In this document: piece after piece, positions 1-11,678 of the stretch
Position numbering within the stretch: position 1 is the first letter of the stretch
Layout: each line of letters opens with the position of its first letter
Assembly: GCA_046594835.1 (NCBI GenBank)
Contig: JBKJQZ010000069.1
Span: 1,212-65,211 of the forward strand
DNA from: Acidimicrobiales bacterium
Lineage (GTDB): Bacteria; Actinomycetota; Acidimicrobiia; Acidimicrobiales; JACCXE01
Length of the DNA: 64,000 nucleotides
Direction: 5' to 3'
Position numbers and translations under genes: made by a program
The notes under the pieces: model-generated
What the model was told of the DNA's origin: nothing
The model's database searches: none
The model's input: the letters and a program-made list of their open reading frames with translations, nothing else

Positions 1-485
1 AGCCCGTCACAGCCAAGGCGTACGCCGCGGTGGCTTCGGGCGCCGCGGCGATCGGTCTGCGGTACGTCACTTCGTGGACCAACCCGGACGACCGCGAGGA
101 ACGAGACGCGCTGCACGCCGCATTGACCGCGGCGCGCGTGGACGACCTGCGCCGCGGCGTAACCACGATCGGTCCGCATCGCGACGAACTGGAATTACAC
201 ATCGGCACGCTGCCGGCCCGGACTCACGCCTCCCAAGGCGAGCAGCGATCGCTCGCGCTGGCGTTGCGGCTCGCCGTGCACGAGGCCGTCACCGAAACCA
301 CAGGCGCCGCGCCAGTGCTGCTGCTCGACGATGTGTTCTCCGAGCTCGACCCGATTCGTTCAGCGGCACTGCTTGCGAGCCTGCCGATCGGGCAGGCGAT
401 CCTGACCACCGCCGGTCCGCTGCCGGAGGGAGCGACCCCGGCCTCGACTGTGCACATCGTCAACGGACGGATCGTGGAGTCATGA
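1..485 (+). CDS. recF: DNA replication/repair protein RecF, C-terminal part (5' end outside the window)
   Basis: Frame 3 is open from the window edge. It carries the SMC/ABC signature GEQRSLALALRLA and the Walker-B/D-loop LLLDDVFSELD. Its position upstream of DUF721-gyrB-gyrA fits recF. Confidence 0.9.
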   Translation, partial: PVTAKAYAAVASGAAAIGLRYVTSWTNPDDREERDALHAALTAARVDDLRRGVTTIGPHRDELELHIGTLPARTHASQGEQRSLALALRLAVHEAVTETTGAAPVLLLDDVFSELDPIRSAALLASLPIGQAILTTAGPLPEGATPASTVHIVNGRIVES

Positions 486-811
486 CCTGGCGCCCCCTCC
501 CGCAAGCCAATGCTGATCGTGACCCCGAGCGGATTGGTGCGTCGCTGGACAAGGTTGCGCGCCGTCTCGGCACGTCATCGGCCAACGCGCTGCATGGATT
601 GTTTGAGCGCTGGGAGGAGTTGGTGGGGCCCGGAATCGCGGGGCATTCGAAGCCAGTTTCGCTGCGCGCCGGAGTTTTGCTGGTCGAGGTCGACTCCAAC
701 GCCTGGGCCACACAGCTGCGTTACATGACCACTGAATTGGTCGAACGCTGCTGCGCCGAGCTCGGGGGCGGCGCGGTCAAAAAGATCGAGCTACGCGTAG
801 CCCGTCGGTGA
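482..811 (+). CDS. DUF721 (Rv0004/DciA-like) protein
   Basis: The ATG at 482 overlaps the recF stop (ATGA). The 109-aa product contains VSLRAGVLLVEVDSNAWATQLRY, typical of the small protein between recF and gyrB in actinobacteria. The longer 74..811 ORF is only an upstream extension overlapping recF. Confidence 0.8.
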   Translation: MTWRPLPQANADRDPERIGASLDKVARRLGTSSANALHGLFERWEELVGPGIAGHSKPVSLRAGVLLVEVDSNAWATQLRYMTTELVERCCAELGGGAVKKIELRVARR

Positions 812-876
812 CCGCCGATGCCACACCCATCTGGTAAACTCACATGATTGCAATTCGGGTGTAACTGAGCCTCTGA

Positions 877-2922
<2,046 letters not shown>

Positions 2923-2936
2923 GGGAGTAACGAACA

Positions 2937-5462
2937 ATGTCTGATACCGAACCTCCCAACACTGGTCCCGAGGATGGCGACGCCCCGGAAGAAGACGAGG
3001 CGCCGGTAGACGTGTCCGCCGACTTCGTCGGTGGCGTCGAAGGCATCGAGATCCAAGAGGAGATGGAACGCTCCTTCCTCGACTACGCGATGTCGGTCAT
3101 TGTTTCGCGCGCTCTGCCCGATGCGCGCGACGGCCTCAAGCCCGTCCACCGCCGGATTCTTTACGGCATGCACGACATGGGCGCGCGCTCGGATCGTCCG
3201 CGCATGAAGTGCGCCCGCGTGTCGGGCGAGGTGATGGGCAAGCTCCATCCCCACGGCGACAGTTCGATTTACGACGCGCTCGTGCGCATGGCCCAGCCCT
3301 TCTCGCTGCGCGAGCCGCTGATCGATTTCCACGGCAACCTGGGTTCACCCGACTTTCCCGCTGCCGCCGCTCGTTATACGGAATGCCGCTTGGCGCTCCT
3401 CGCCAACGAGATGCTGGCCGGTATCGACGAGAACACGGTCGACTTCGAACCGAACTACACGTTCGAGTTCGAACAGCCAACCGTTCTCCCCGCACGTTTC
3501 CCCAACCTGTTGGTAAACGGTTCGCAGGGCATCGCCGTCGGCATGGCCACGAACATCCCGCCGCACAACCTGGCCGAGGTCATCGACGCCACGATCCACC
3601 TGATCGATAACCCGGAGGCGACCCCCGACGATTTGATGCAATTCGTCAAGGGCCCCGACTTCCCAACCGGCGCGCTCATCCTCGGACGTCAGGGCATCCT
3701 CGACGCGTACCGCACGGGCCGCGGCTCGATCCGGGTGCGGGCGAAGGCCGAGATCGAGGAGTCAAAAAACGGCGGCGTCTCGATCGTCGTATCTGAGTTG
3801 CCCTACCAGGCGTCGATGAACGCGATCACCACGCGCATCGCTGAGCTCGTGAACAATCGCGAGCTCGAGGGCATCCGCGCCCTCGACGATTTGTCGTCGG
3901 GTGAAGAAACCAAGTTGGTCATCGGCCTCAAGCGCGACGCCAACGCGCTGGTGGTGCTCAACAACCTGTTCAAGCACACGCAGCTCCAGACCAGCTTCGG
4001 CGTGAACATGGTTGCGCTCGTCGACGGCGTGCCCCGCACGCTGAACCTGGCGTCGGCGCTCACTGCGTACGTCGGCCATCAGGTCGAGGTGATTCGTCGC
4101 CGTTCCGAGTACCGCTTGAAGAAGGCGCAGGATCGCGCGCACATCGTCGAGGGCCTCCTCAAGGCGCTCGACATGATCGACAAGATCATTGCGTTGGTGC
4201 GTGGCTCCGAAGACCGCGCCGGCGCGCGCGTTGGGCTCATGGGCGACGGGTTTGAGTTCTCTGAGATCCAGGCGAACCACATCCTCGACATGACCATTGG
4301 TCGGCTCACGCGTCTTGGCCGGTCCGAGCTCGAAGCCGAAATGACAGAACTGCGGGCCACGATCACCGAGCTCGAAGAAATCCTGTCCAAACCCGAAGTG
4401 CTGCGCAGCGTGATCAAGTCCGAAATGACCGCGATTCGCGACAAGTTCGCATCACCGCGTCGGGCGATCATCACCCACGACCCGGGCGAACTCGGGGCCG
4501 AGGACTTCATCAACGACGAAGACCTCGTGTTTCTCATCACGCGCGCTGGTTACGTCAAGACCGTCGCCGCTGGCGCGTTCCGCACGCAAGGCCGTGGTGG
4601 CCGAGGCATCGCAGGCGCGAAGTTGAAGGAGGAAGATCTCGTCTCGCAGGTGATTCACACCACGGCGCACGAGTTCATCCTGTTCTTCTCCAACCGAGGG
4701 CGCGTATTCCGGCTCAAAGCGCACGAGATCCCGATGAAGGAGCGCACGGCGCGTGGTACGCCGGTCATCAACCTGCTGCCGCTCGAGCCCAACGAAAAAG
4801 TCCAGGCCGTTATCGCGACCCGCGACTACCCGAATGACAAAATGTTGTTCTTCGCGACCCGCAAGGGCATCGTGAAAAAGACGCCGTTCTCGGAGTACGA
4901 CAAGTCGCGACGCGAAGGCTTCATCGCCATCACGCTCAAGGACGGCGACGAGCTGGTCAAGGTCATGACCACCTCGGGCACCGACGACATCTTCATGGTC
5001 ACCCGCGACGGCACCACGATGCGCTTTGACGAACAGACGGTGCGGCCGACAGGTCGTTCCGCCCAGGGTGTGATCGGCATGCGGCTGCGGACCGACAACG
5101 AAGTGGTGAGCTGCGACGTGGCCCGCGACGACACCGCGATCCTCATCGTCACCGATGCTGGCTTTGGCAAGCGCACGCAGCTTGAGCACTTCCGTCGCAC
5201 CGGTCGCGGCACGATGGGTGTGCGCGGCATCAAGCTCACGGCGAAGCGTGGGTTCGTGGTGGGGGCCTTCATGGTTGGCCTCGACGATGAGATCATGGTC
5301 GCCGCGTCAAACGGCGTCACCGCTCGCATGCCGGTACGCCAGATCAGCTCGCAAGGTCGCGATGCAACTGGCGTCCGCGTGATGAACCTCGACGACGGTT
5401 CGACCCTTGCCACCGCAGCACCCATCATCCAAGCTGAAGAGGACGACGCTTCCCCGGCGTAA
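2937..5462 (+). CDS. gyrA: DNA gyrase subunit A
   Basis: N-terminal [28 protein letters not shown] is present, as are the QRDR-like [17 protein letters not shown], the catalytic-Tyr region [10 protein letters not shown] and C-terminal beta-pinwheel repeats. Confidence 0.97.
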   Translation: MSDTEPPNTGPEDGDAPEEDEAPVDVSADFVGGVEGIEIQEEMERSFLDYAMSVIVSRALPDARDGLKPVHRRILYGMHDMGARSDRPRMKCARVSGEVMGKLHPHGDSSIYDALVRMAQPFSLREPLIDFHGNLGSPDFPAAAARYTECRLALLANEMLAGIDENTVDFEPNYTFEFEQPTVLPARFPNLLVNGSQGIAVGMATNIPPHNLAEVIDATIHLIDNPEATPDDLMQFVKGPDFPTGALILGRQGILDAYRTGRGSIRVRAKAEIEESKNGGVSIVVSELPYQASMNAITTRIAELVNNRELEGIRALDDLSSGEETKLVIGLKRDANALVVLNNLFKHTQLQTSFGVNMVALVDGVPRTLNLASALTAYVGHQVEVIRRRSEYRLKKAQDRAHIVEGLLKALDMIDKIIALVRGSEDRAGARVGLMGDGFEFSEIQANHILDMTIGRLTRLGRSELEAEMTELRATITELEEILSKPEVLRSVIKSEMTAIRDKFASPRRAIITHDPGELGAEDFINDEDLVFLITRAGYVKTVAAGAFRTQGRGGRGIAGAKLKEEDLVSQVIHTTAHEFILFFSNRGRVFRLKAHEIPMKERTARGTPVINLLPLEPNEKVQAVIATRDYPNDKMLFFATRKGIVKKTPFSEYDKSRREGFIAITLKDGDELVKVMTTSGTDDIFMVTRDGTTMRFDEQTVRPTGRSAQGVIGMRLRTDNEVVSCDVARDDTAILIVTDAGFGKRTQLEHFRRTGRGTMGVRGIKLTAKRGFVVGAFMVGLDDEIMVAASNGVTARMPVRQISSQGRDATGVRVMNLDDGSTLATAAPIIQAEEDDASPA

Positions 5463-5488
5463 ATCGCACTCCAGCTTGGAGGTTCCCT

Positions 5489-6013
5489 ATGCGCGGCGTC
5501 GTCAAAAGCGGGCGCGGGCAAGTAGTCCCATTACTAGCGGCGTTCATCGTGTTCGCTGGCCTGTTCCTGATCGGCCTCGCGCACCTCGGTGGCGGTGCGG
5601 TTGATCGTGCGCTGGCGCGCCGAGCCGCGGACTCCGCCGCGTTAGCTGGCGCGGCGGAGGGACGCGGACGAGCCGACGAGTTCGCACGCGCCAATGGTGC
5701 GCGCATCACGCGGTTTGGTCAACGCGGCCAGGACACCGAAGTCGTCGTCGCCTATGGCGACGCGCACGCGATTGCGCGCGCGCGTCTCGAGGGTGGTGGG
5801 TCCACGTCGAAGCCGGGTGATCCGGCCCCCGCGCTGCGCGCCGCGTTGGCGCGTGCCGCGCAGATTCTCGGCCATCGTCCGAAGGTGGTGCGGGCGCGGG
5901 GCTACACAGTTGAGCTAACCCCCGAAGGATTCACCGAACTCGCGCCGCGGGCGAAGGACGCGGGTCTGTGTCCGAGCGGGCCTCGCGAGTTCACCGTGTG
6001 CGGCGCCACGTAG
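5489..6013 (+). CDS. TadE/TadG-like (Rv3654c/Rv3655c-type) putative pseudopilin-like membrane protein
   Basis: GGAGG lies 8 nt upstream of the ATG. The N-terminus (GRGQVVPLLAAFIVFAGLFLIGLAHLGGGAVDRALARRAADSAALAGA) resembles TadE-like proteins usually found in tad/helicase neighbourhoods. The functional call is tentative. Confidence 0.5.
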   Translation: MRGVVKSGRGQVVPLLAAFIVFAGLFLIGLAHLGGGAVDRALARRAADSAALAGAAEGRGRADEFARANGARITRFGQRGQDTEVVVAYGDAHAIARARLEGGGSTSKPGDPAPALRAALARAAQILGHRPKVVRARGYTVELTPEGFTELAPRAKDAGLCPSGPREFTVCGAT

Positions 6014-6024
6014 CCTGCGCATCC

Positions 6025-7518
6025 GTGTCGGCTCAACCCCGCCCTGGGCGATCCGTCAACGATGCGTTGTGGTTCGTCACGTGGCTCATGACCGGCGTGG
6101 TTGGCCTCGCCCTATTCGTGCTCGCACTGCGTAGTTACACCCGTCTTGAGACGCGCTGGGACTCGTGGTCGTACCACCTCGCGTACGCGGCAAAGCTTGG
6201 TGGCGTCCACATCCCGTTTCACATGGACGAGCAACTCGCGGCTCGCTTTGATGGCTATCCGCCACTCGCGCACCTGGTTGAAGGTGTGCTGTGGCGCGTG
6301 ACCGGGTCGATCAACGCCACCGGTGTGGTGAACATGATCGGCCTCGCGTGGTTCCTGTTTGTGTGCGACCGCCTCCTGCGCGCCCCGCTTTACATCGTCG
6401 GACTCATCGCGCTCACAACCCCGGTCGTGATCATTCACGCCGCGACGAACTACATCGATCTGTTCGCCAACGCGTTCCTCGCGACCGGCCTCGTCGTAGT
6501 CATCCATGTGTACCTGTACGAAAGGCAGGCGGACCGTCGGCTCCTCGTCGTGGGCATCGGGTCGGTGGTCGCGGCGGGCTGGTCGAAGGTGCCTCTGGTG
6601 CCGCTGGCCGCGCTCGCCCTAGTGCTCTATGCAGTCGTGTACAAACCCTGGCGGGGCGAACAACGCTCGTGGTTGCTGCGCAGCTTTGGTGGCGCCGTGG
6701 CCGTCGCGTCGCTGCCGTTCGTGCGCAACCTCGTTATTCACGGCAACCCCTTGTGGCCCACGTCGGTGCCGTTGTTCACCGGTGATCCGGTGCCGAGGGG
6801 CGGGGCTATCCACCTCGAGCACGGGAGCCAGGTGCCACCCGCTCTGGTAGGCGCGAGCAAGCCGGAGTTGTTCGTGCGTTCGTTGTTCGAGTTCCGACTC
6901 CCGTGGCACTACGCCGACCGTCCGCGGTGGAATCTCGACCAGGGTGGCGGCCAGCTCGCGTATCGGTCGGGCGGGTTCTGGTTCGTCGGCGTGATCGTGT
7001 TCTTGAGCGTGATGATCGCCCTGCTCCTGCGCTACGGCGGCCCACGCGGCCGCACGGTGGCCATAGCGAGTGGCGTCGGGCTCGTGGTGGTCGCATTTCT
7101 GCCCCAATCGCACGTGCTGCGGTACTACATGTTCATTCCGCTCGTGTGGGCCGGCGTGATTGGGATGTTGTTTCCCCGCTTGCAGCGCCGCCAGCCCGCA
7201 CTCGCCCTCGGATTTTGTGCCCTCATGCTTGTGATGTTCTGGACGATGTTCCGCGCGAACCAGAGCTACTTCAAGGTCGAACACGTCGGCTACACCGAAG
7301 CGGCGCAGTACTGGGGAGGCTTGAGCATCTGGCCTTACCTGCGCGCGGGCTACGTCTATTGCGACGTGCGCAACCAAAGTCAGTCGCCCCGGTCGTTGAC
7401 CCTGTTGGGTCCGACGATGCGCGACTTCACGGTCTATGTCCGGCCGAAGGTGAGTGCCTGTCCGAAGGGCTCCGTGCCAATCGTGGACAACGTGGTGCGA
7501 TACGGCCACCAGATCTAA
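6025..7518 (+). CDS. Multi-pass membrane protein, paralogue A (GT-C-like glycosyltransferase fold suspected, family unknown)
   Basis: About 12 hydrophobic segments. It is clearly paralogous to 14506..15894 (81/153 identical in my ungapped hand alignment from RSYTRLE). The GTG at 6025 lies just after the upstream stop; the track start at 5968 overlaps the previous gene. Confidence 0.7.
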   Translation: MSAQPRPGRSVNDALWFVTWLMTGVVGLALFVLALRSYTRLETRWDSWSYHLAYAAKLGGVHIPFHMDEQLAARFDGYPPLAHLVEGVLWRVTGSINATGVVNMIGLAWFLFVCDRLLRAPLYIVGLIALTTPVVIIHAATNYIDLFANAFLATGLVVVIHVYLYERQADRRLLVVGIGSVVAAGWSKVPLVPLAALALVLYAVVYKPWRGEQRSWLLRSFGGAVAVASLPFVRNLVIHGNPLWPTSVPLFTGDPVPRGGAIHLEHGSQVPPALVGASKPELFVRSLFEFRLPWHYADRPRWNLDQGGGQLAYRSGGFWFVGVIVFLSVMIALLLRYGGPRGRTVAIASGVGLVVVAFLPQSHVLRYYMFIPLVWAGVIGMLFPRLQRRQPALALGFCALMLVMFWTMFRANQSYFKVEHVGYTEAAQYWGGLSIWPYLRAGYVYCDVRNQSQSPRSLTLLGPTMRDFTVYVRPKVSACPKGSVPIVDNVVRYGHQI

Positions 7519-7531
7519 CTAACTTCGTCAC

Positions 7532-7882
7532 ATGACCTCGTCTCGACAGCTCACCGTGCGCTCGGTCAACGTGCGCAGCGTCGTGCGGGTGTCGGTCGTG
7601 CTTTATGGCTGCATGGTGCTCGTGTTCATCGTCGCATGGGCGATCTTGTGGGTAGTCGCCGGGGTGCTTGGGGTTAAGGCCAACGTCGAGGAATTTGTGT
7701 CGAAGCTTCTCGCGCTGGACTCGTTTCACGTCTCGGTCCTCGCCCAAGCGGCCGCGGCCATGGTCGGCGCGCCTGTCGTAATCGCGCTCGGCACGGGCGC
7801 GAACGTCCTCGCGGCAATCTTTTACAACCAGATTGTCGAGGTCGCCGGCGGCGTCCAGATCGACGTCGACGTCGAGGACTAG
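7532..7882 (+). CDS. DUF3566 domain transmembrane protein (Rv0007-like)
   Basis: LTVRSVNVRSVVRVSVVLYGCMVLVFIVAWAILWVV and the acidic tail are typical of the DUF3566 gene that follows gyrA and precedes tRNA-Ile in actinobacteria. Confidence 0.85.
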   Translation: MTSSRQLTVRSVNVRSVVRVSVVLYGCMVLVFIVAWAILWVVAGVLGVKANVEEFVSKLLALDSFHVSVLAQAAAAMVGAPVVIALGTGANVLAAIFYNQIVEVAGGVQIDVDVED

Positions 7883-7904
7883 CTACATTCGCCGTTCCCT
7901 TCAA

Positions 7905-7981
7905 GGGGCTATAGCTCAGCTGGTTAGAGCGCAGCACTGATAATGCTGAGGTCCCTGGTTCGATTCCAGGTAGCCCCACCA
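7905..7981 (+). tRNA. tRNA-Ile (anticodon GAT), CCA encoded
   Basis: I folded the cloverleaf by hand. Acceptor GGGGCTA/TAGCCCC, anticodon loop CTGATAA, T-arm CCTGG TTCGATT CCAGG; 77 nt including the 3' CCA. Confidence 0.95.
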
Positions 7982-8200
7982 ATTTTCCCGCACCGCGCCA
8001 GAATTCGTACCGACGGTATGTGTATTTGGTCGCCTAAACGGCGCATCTGGACCGGTATGGCCGATTCGGCTGTCGCAGCCGCACGTGGCTCACTCACGCG
8101 AGCGTTTAGCTAATTTTTGCAAGATTTTGTCGTGCGCGGCGTCAGACTTTGCCCTCTGAAGCGTTAACACTTGACCGCCAAACCAGGAGTACATCTACAC

Positions 8201-10186
8201 ATGCGAACTCGTCGATGGGCTACAGCGGGGCTAGCTGCCCTTACTGCAGTACCCGCGCTCTTCGTAGCAACCGCTAATCCCGCGAAGGCGGCTACCGGTC
8301 CTTACGGTGGCAACGCCGTTGCTGACTTGGTGCACGTCAACGCCCTGAACACGATCCCGGCGCTACCGGGCCTGGCCGACGTGCACGTGGCTCGGTCTTC
8401 GGCCGAGGTGAACTCGGTTGGCCTCGTGGGCAACACAGCCAAGCGGTCCGCGGCACGGGCCACCAATCTCGACGCCCCCCTCGTGGGTGGCGCAATCGAC
8501 CTGAGTGGGCTCGTGGTTGAGGCCGTACAGACCGCACCGCCGAACAACGCCACGCCGACCACGGCGAGCCTCACGGGCCCGGTGGACGTTTCACCCGTCG
8601 CCAGCTTTGAGGCCGCCACGGCCACGGCCCACGCCCGGTGGGGTGCGAGCGACACCACCTGCATTCCCGCAGGTACCCCGATTTCCACGGCCAAGTCCGC
8701 GGTTCTTGACGCCGGTGTCCTCGGCCCGCTCCCGCTGCCTACCGGTAACGCGCTGGTCTCGGTCAACAACGCCAATGGTGGCGCGGCCTACTCGCAGTCC
8801 AGCGTTGGCCTCGTCAACGTTGCGGGCCAGACCAACAAGGGCGTGAAGTCCGAGGTCCTCGACCAGGTCGATGGCATCGTGCTCTTTAAGGGTTCGCCAA
8901 GTGAGCTGACCCTCAACATCGTCGCCCCGCCGACCGTGCAGGCCACGGCCACCGGTACGGCGGCGACCTCGACGGTCACCTACAACCAGCCCGTCGTGCA
9001 GATCATCCAGGGTGGAACCGTCACCGACGTGCTGAATGCCACCGACGCCAACGTCGACATCCAGCTTCCGCCCGGGCCCACCCCGTTGATGATCGCTCGC
9101 CTCCAGCTCGGCACCTTGCTCAATGTCGTCAAGACGGACACGCAGGCCAGCGGCGACGCCACGCTCCTTAGCCTCACCCTGCTCGACATCACCGGCACCG
9201 TGACCCTCGCGAAGGCCGACATCGCTCCGATGAGCGTCAAGGCCACAGTTCCTGCGGGCGGCGTTACTTGCGGTGCTGGCCCCCTGTCGAACCTTCAGGT
9301 CGACGCCTCAACCCCGACCGTTCTCCCGAACGGCCAGTTTGAGTACGCCGTGACCATTCCGAACATCGGTGCGTGCACCGTTGACAAGGTCAAGGTCATC
9401 CTCACGGTCACTGGCCCCGCCGGAAGCTCGATCACCGATACCAGCCCCACCGCAAGCAGTGTGAACGGGTTGGTAGCGACCTGGAATGACATCGGCTCGA
9501 TTGCGCCCGGTGCGCTGAAGGTCGTGAAGGCCACCGTGAAGGTGCCCTCGGACGCGCCGCCCGGCGCCACCTATACCGGGATAGCGACCGCGTCCGGTAC
9601 ATGCGACGGATCCGGAACCGAAGCCACCGCGACGTCGGGTCCGATCCCGACCGTGGGTGCGCCCAGCGACGCCACCTGCGACATCTCAGCCAGCTCGCTG
9701 TCGTCATCGCACAAGGAAGTTCGCATCGGCGACTTCTTCAACGAGTACGTCCGAGTCAGCAACCTCGGCAAGGGCACGTGTAACTCGATCTCGATCACGC
9801 TGAATTACCCGCCGGACTCCTCGTTCGTCACCTGCACCGATGACTGCACGCACTCGGACGCGACCCGCAAGGTCACTTGGACCGTCACGAACTTGGGCTC
9901 GGGTATCAGCAAGGACCTCGTCGCGACCTTCAAGGTGGACACCACTGCGAAGAACGGCGAGAACCTCGGCACGACTGTGACCATCAAGGCCGGTGGCCAG
10001 ACGGTGACCGACAAGACGACCCTTCCGGTAGTCACATCCTCGAACGTGCTCAACAACGGTGCCCAACGAGCGCGAGGCCTGCTGCCCCGCACCGGTGCTG
10101 ATGCACCGCTCGGGATTGCCCTTAGCCTTATGGGTGCCTTCGTGGCGCTGCGTGGCCTGCGGCGCCGCTTCGGCTTCGGCGGCTAA
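8201..10186 (+). CDS. Cell-wall-anchored surface protein with LPXTG-type sorting signal and DUF11-like repeats
   Basis: AGGAG lies 11 nt upstream of the ATG at 8201. Signal peptide MRTRRWATAGLAALTAVPALFVATANPAKA. The C-terminus is LPRTG followed by a hydrophobic stretch and RRRFGFGG. Repeated DUF11-like segments are present (e.g. TWTVTNLGSGISKDLVATFKV). Confidence 0.85.
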   Translation: MRTRRWATAGLAALTAVPALFVATANPAKAATGPYGGNAVADLVHVNALNTIPALPGLADVHVARSSAEVNSVGLVGNTAKRSAARATNLDAPLVGGAIDLSGLVVEAVQTAPPNNATPTTASLTGPVDVSPVASFEAATATAHARWGASDTTCIPAGTPISTAKSAVLDAGVLGPLPLPTGNALVSVNNANGGAAYSQSSVGLVNVAGQTNKGVKSEVLDQVDGIVLFKGSPSELTLNIVAPPTVQATATGTAATSTVTYNQPVVQIIQGGTVTDVLNATDANVDIQLPPGPTPLMIARLQLGTLLNVVKTDTQASGDATLLSLTLLDITGTVTLAKADIAPMSVKATVPAGGVTCGAGPLSNLQVDASTPTVLPNGQFEYAVTIPNIGACTVDKVKVILTVTGPAGSSITDTSPTASSVNGLVATWNDIGSIAPGALKVVKATVKVPSDAPPGATYTGIATASGTCDGSGTEATATSGPIPTVGAPSDATCDISASSLSSSHKEVRIGDFFNEYVRVSNLGKGTCNSISITLNYPPDSSFVTCTDDCTHSDATRKVTWTVTNLGSGISKDLVATFKVDTTAKNGENLGTTVTIKAGGQTVTDKTTLPVVTSSNVLNNGAQRARGLLPRTGADAPLGIALSLMGAFVALRGLRRRFGFGG

Positions 10187-10203
10187 CCGAAGTTTCAGAT
10201 TGT

Positions 10204-10235
10204 GAAAGAGCCTCGGCTTCGGCCGGGGCTCTTTC
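10204..10235 (+). terminator. Strong GC-rich hairpin with UUCG tetraloop downstream of the surface-protein gene
   Basis: GAAAGAGCCTCGGC-TTCG-GCCGGGGCTCTTTC forms a 14-bp stem with one G-U pair. It starts 18 nt after the stop at 10186. It has no U-tract, like the tail-less hairpin terminators described as common in actinobacteria. Confidence 0.6.
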
Positions 10236-10263
10236 GCGTCTGGGGTTCGGTAGGGTGACGCGT

Positions 10264-10401
10264 GTGAAGGGCTTCCGCCGCGCGTTCGTCGCCTTGTTCA
10301 TCGCGGCGCTGGCCACCGCCCTCGTGCGCCTGCGCGGTAGCGGTGGCACCCCGCCGAGTGGCGGCGGCTGGCATGAAGTTCCCGCCGACGAACTGCGCTA
10401 A
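10264..10401 (+). CDS. Possible small membrane protein (45 aa), not in the ORF track
   Basis: GTG start. Product VKGFRRAFVALFIAALATALVRLRGSGGTPPSGGGWHEVPADELR has one TM helix and high GC3. No recognisable family and no clear RBS. Confidence 0.3.
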   Translation: MKGFRRAFVALFIAALATALVRLRGSGGTPPSGGGWHEVPADELR

Positions 10402-10409
10402 CTCGCTTC

Positions 10410-11417
10410 GTGGCTAAGTCAGCGGCGATCAACGTCGCCGTCATCGGGACGGGCGCGGTCGGGCTTCGGGCGGCGCGGCAGCTCCACGAAACCGATGGGG
10501 TGGCACGCGTGGTTGTCGTGGCGCGTAAAGCCGTGCGCGCTGCGTCGATCGCAGGCCAGCTCGGCGAAGGCGCGTCGGTGGGGGAGTGGCCTCAGGTCGT
10601 ACGCGATGTCGACGCCGTGGTGCTCGCCGTGCCCGACACGCTCCACGCCGACATGGCGCGGGTTTGTCTCGGTGACGGCGCCAGCGTGGTGTCCACTGCG
10701 GGTTCCATCGAAGCGGTCGACGGTGTGAGCGGGCTTGCGGCGCGCGCATCCGCGCTCGGCCTTTCTGCGGTGGCTGGCGTCGCGATGTCGCCGGGCTTGT
10801 CGTGCCTGCTGGCGTGGCGAGCCGCCCGCGATCTCGATGTTGTCGACGAAATCCACGTCGCGAAGTCCGGCACCGGCGGCCCTGCGTGCGCGCGGGCAAC
10901 GCACGCTGCGTTGCGCGGTCCGGCGGCGGTGTGGCGCGACGGACGCTGGCAGTCCGAGCCCGCAGGTTCGGGACGCGAGCTGTGCTGGTTCCCCGAACCC
11001 ATCGGTGGCCTCGACTGTTACGCGGCGAGTTCGGCCGAGGCGGCCCTCATGGTGGCCGCGTTCCCCACCGCTCGGCGCGTCACCGCTCGCGTCGCGGCAA
11101 CCCGTCGAGATAAGGCAACGACATGGCTTCCGATGCTGCGCCCGCCCCACCCCGAAGGCCTCCTCGGTGCGGTGCGCGTGGAAGTGCGGGGCTGGAAGCG
11201 CGGCGTTGCCACCACCAACGTGATGGGCGCAGTTGATCGTCCCGCGGTTGCCGCGGGAACGTTGGCCGCGCTGGCGGCGGTCGGCGCGGTGCGGGGTGAA
11301 CTCACGCCGGGTGCCGGCGGGATTGCGGCACTGGCCGCAGACCCGGGCCGGCTCCTTGCCGACCTAGCCGAACGCGGCGTAAAAGTGGCGTCGTACGCAA
11401 CCGTCGCTGACACCTGA
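10410..11417 (+). CDS. NAD(P)-binding Rossmann-fold oxidoreductase (saccharopine-dehydrogenase-like)
   Basis: The N-terminal dinucleotide fold is INVAVIGTGAVGLRAARQL. The specific function is not identifiable. Confidence 0.6.
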   Translation: MAKSAAINVAVIGTGAVGLRAARQLHETDGVARVVVVARKAVRAASIAGQLGEGASVGEWPQVVRDVDAVVLAVPDTLHADMARVCLGDGASVVSTAGSIEAVDGVSGLAARASALGLSAVAGVAMSPGLSCLLAWRAARDLDVVDEIHVAKSGTGGPACARATHAALRGPAAVWRDGRWQSEPAGSGRELCWFPEPIGGLDCYAASSAEAALMVAAFPTARRVTARVAATRRDKATTWLPMLRPPHPEGLLGAVRVEVRGWKRGVATTNVMGAVDRPAVAAGTLAALAAVGAVRGELTPGAGGIAALAADPGRLLADLAERGVKVASYATVADT

Positions 11418-11678
11418 GCTTTCTCACTACCTGGAAACAAGTACCGAGTACTTGGGGCCGCCTCGGAGCCTGTCCGTACGGTCCAAAGCGTGGAACTCGC
11501 CCAACTGCTGCGCCGCCCGTCGCCGCCGGACCGATCGCTGTTGCTGAGTACGACGAACTCCGCAGGCGTTGCCGGAACGCGTCGCGCGGATAGGCGTGCG
11601 CACCACGAACCAGCATCACGTCCGGGCGAGCGTGTGGCTCAGGAGTTCGAGAGCTTCGAGGGGTTCGATCGGCTTTCG

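Noticed and set aside
74-481. Upstream part of the 245-aa ORF 74..811 overlapping recF
   Set aside because: It is out-of-frame overlap with recF and its product is Arg-rich nonsense. Only the part from the ATG at 482 onward (DUF721) is credible.
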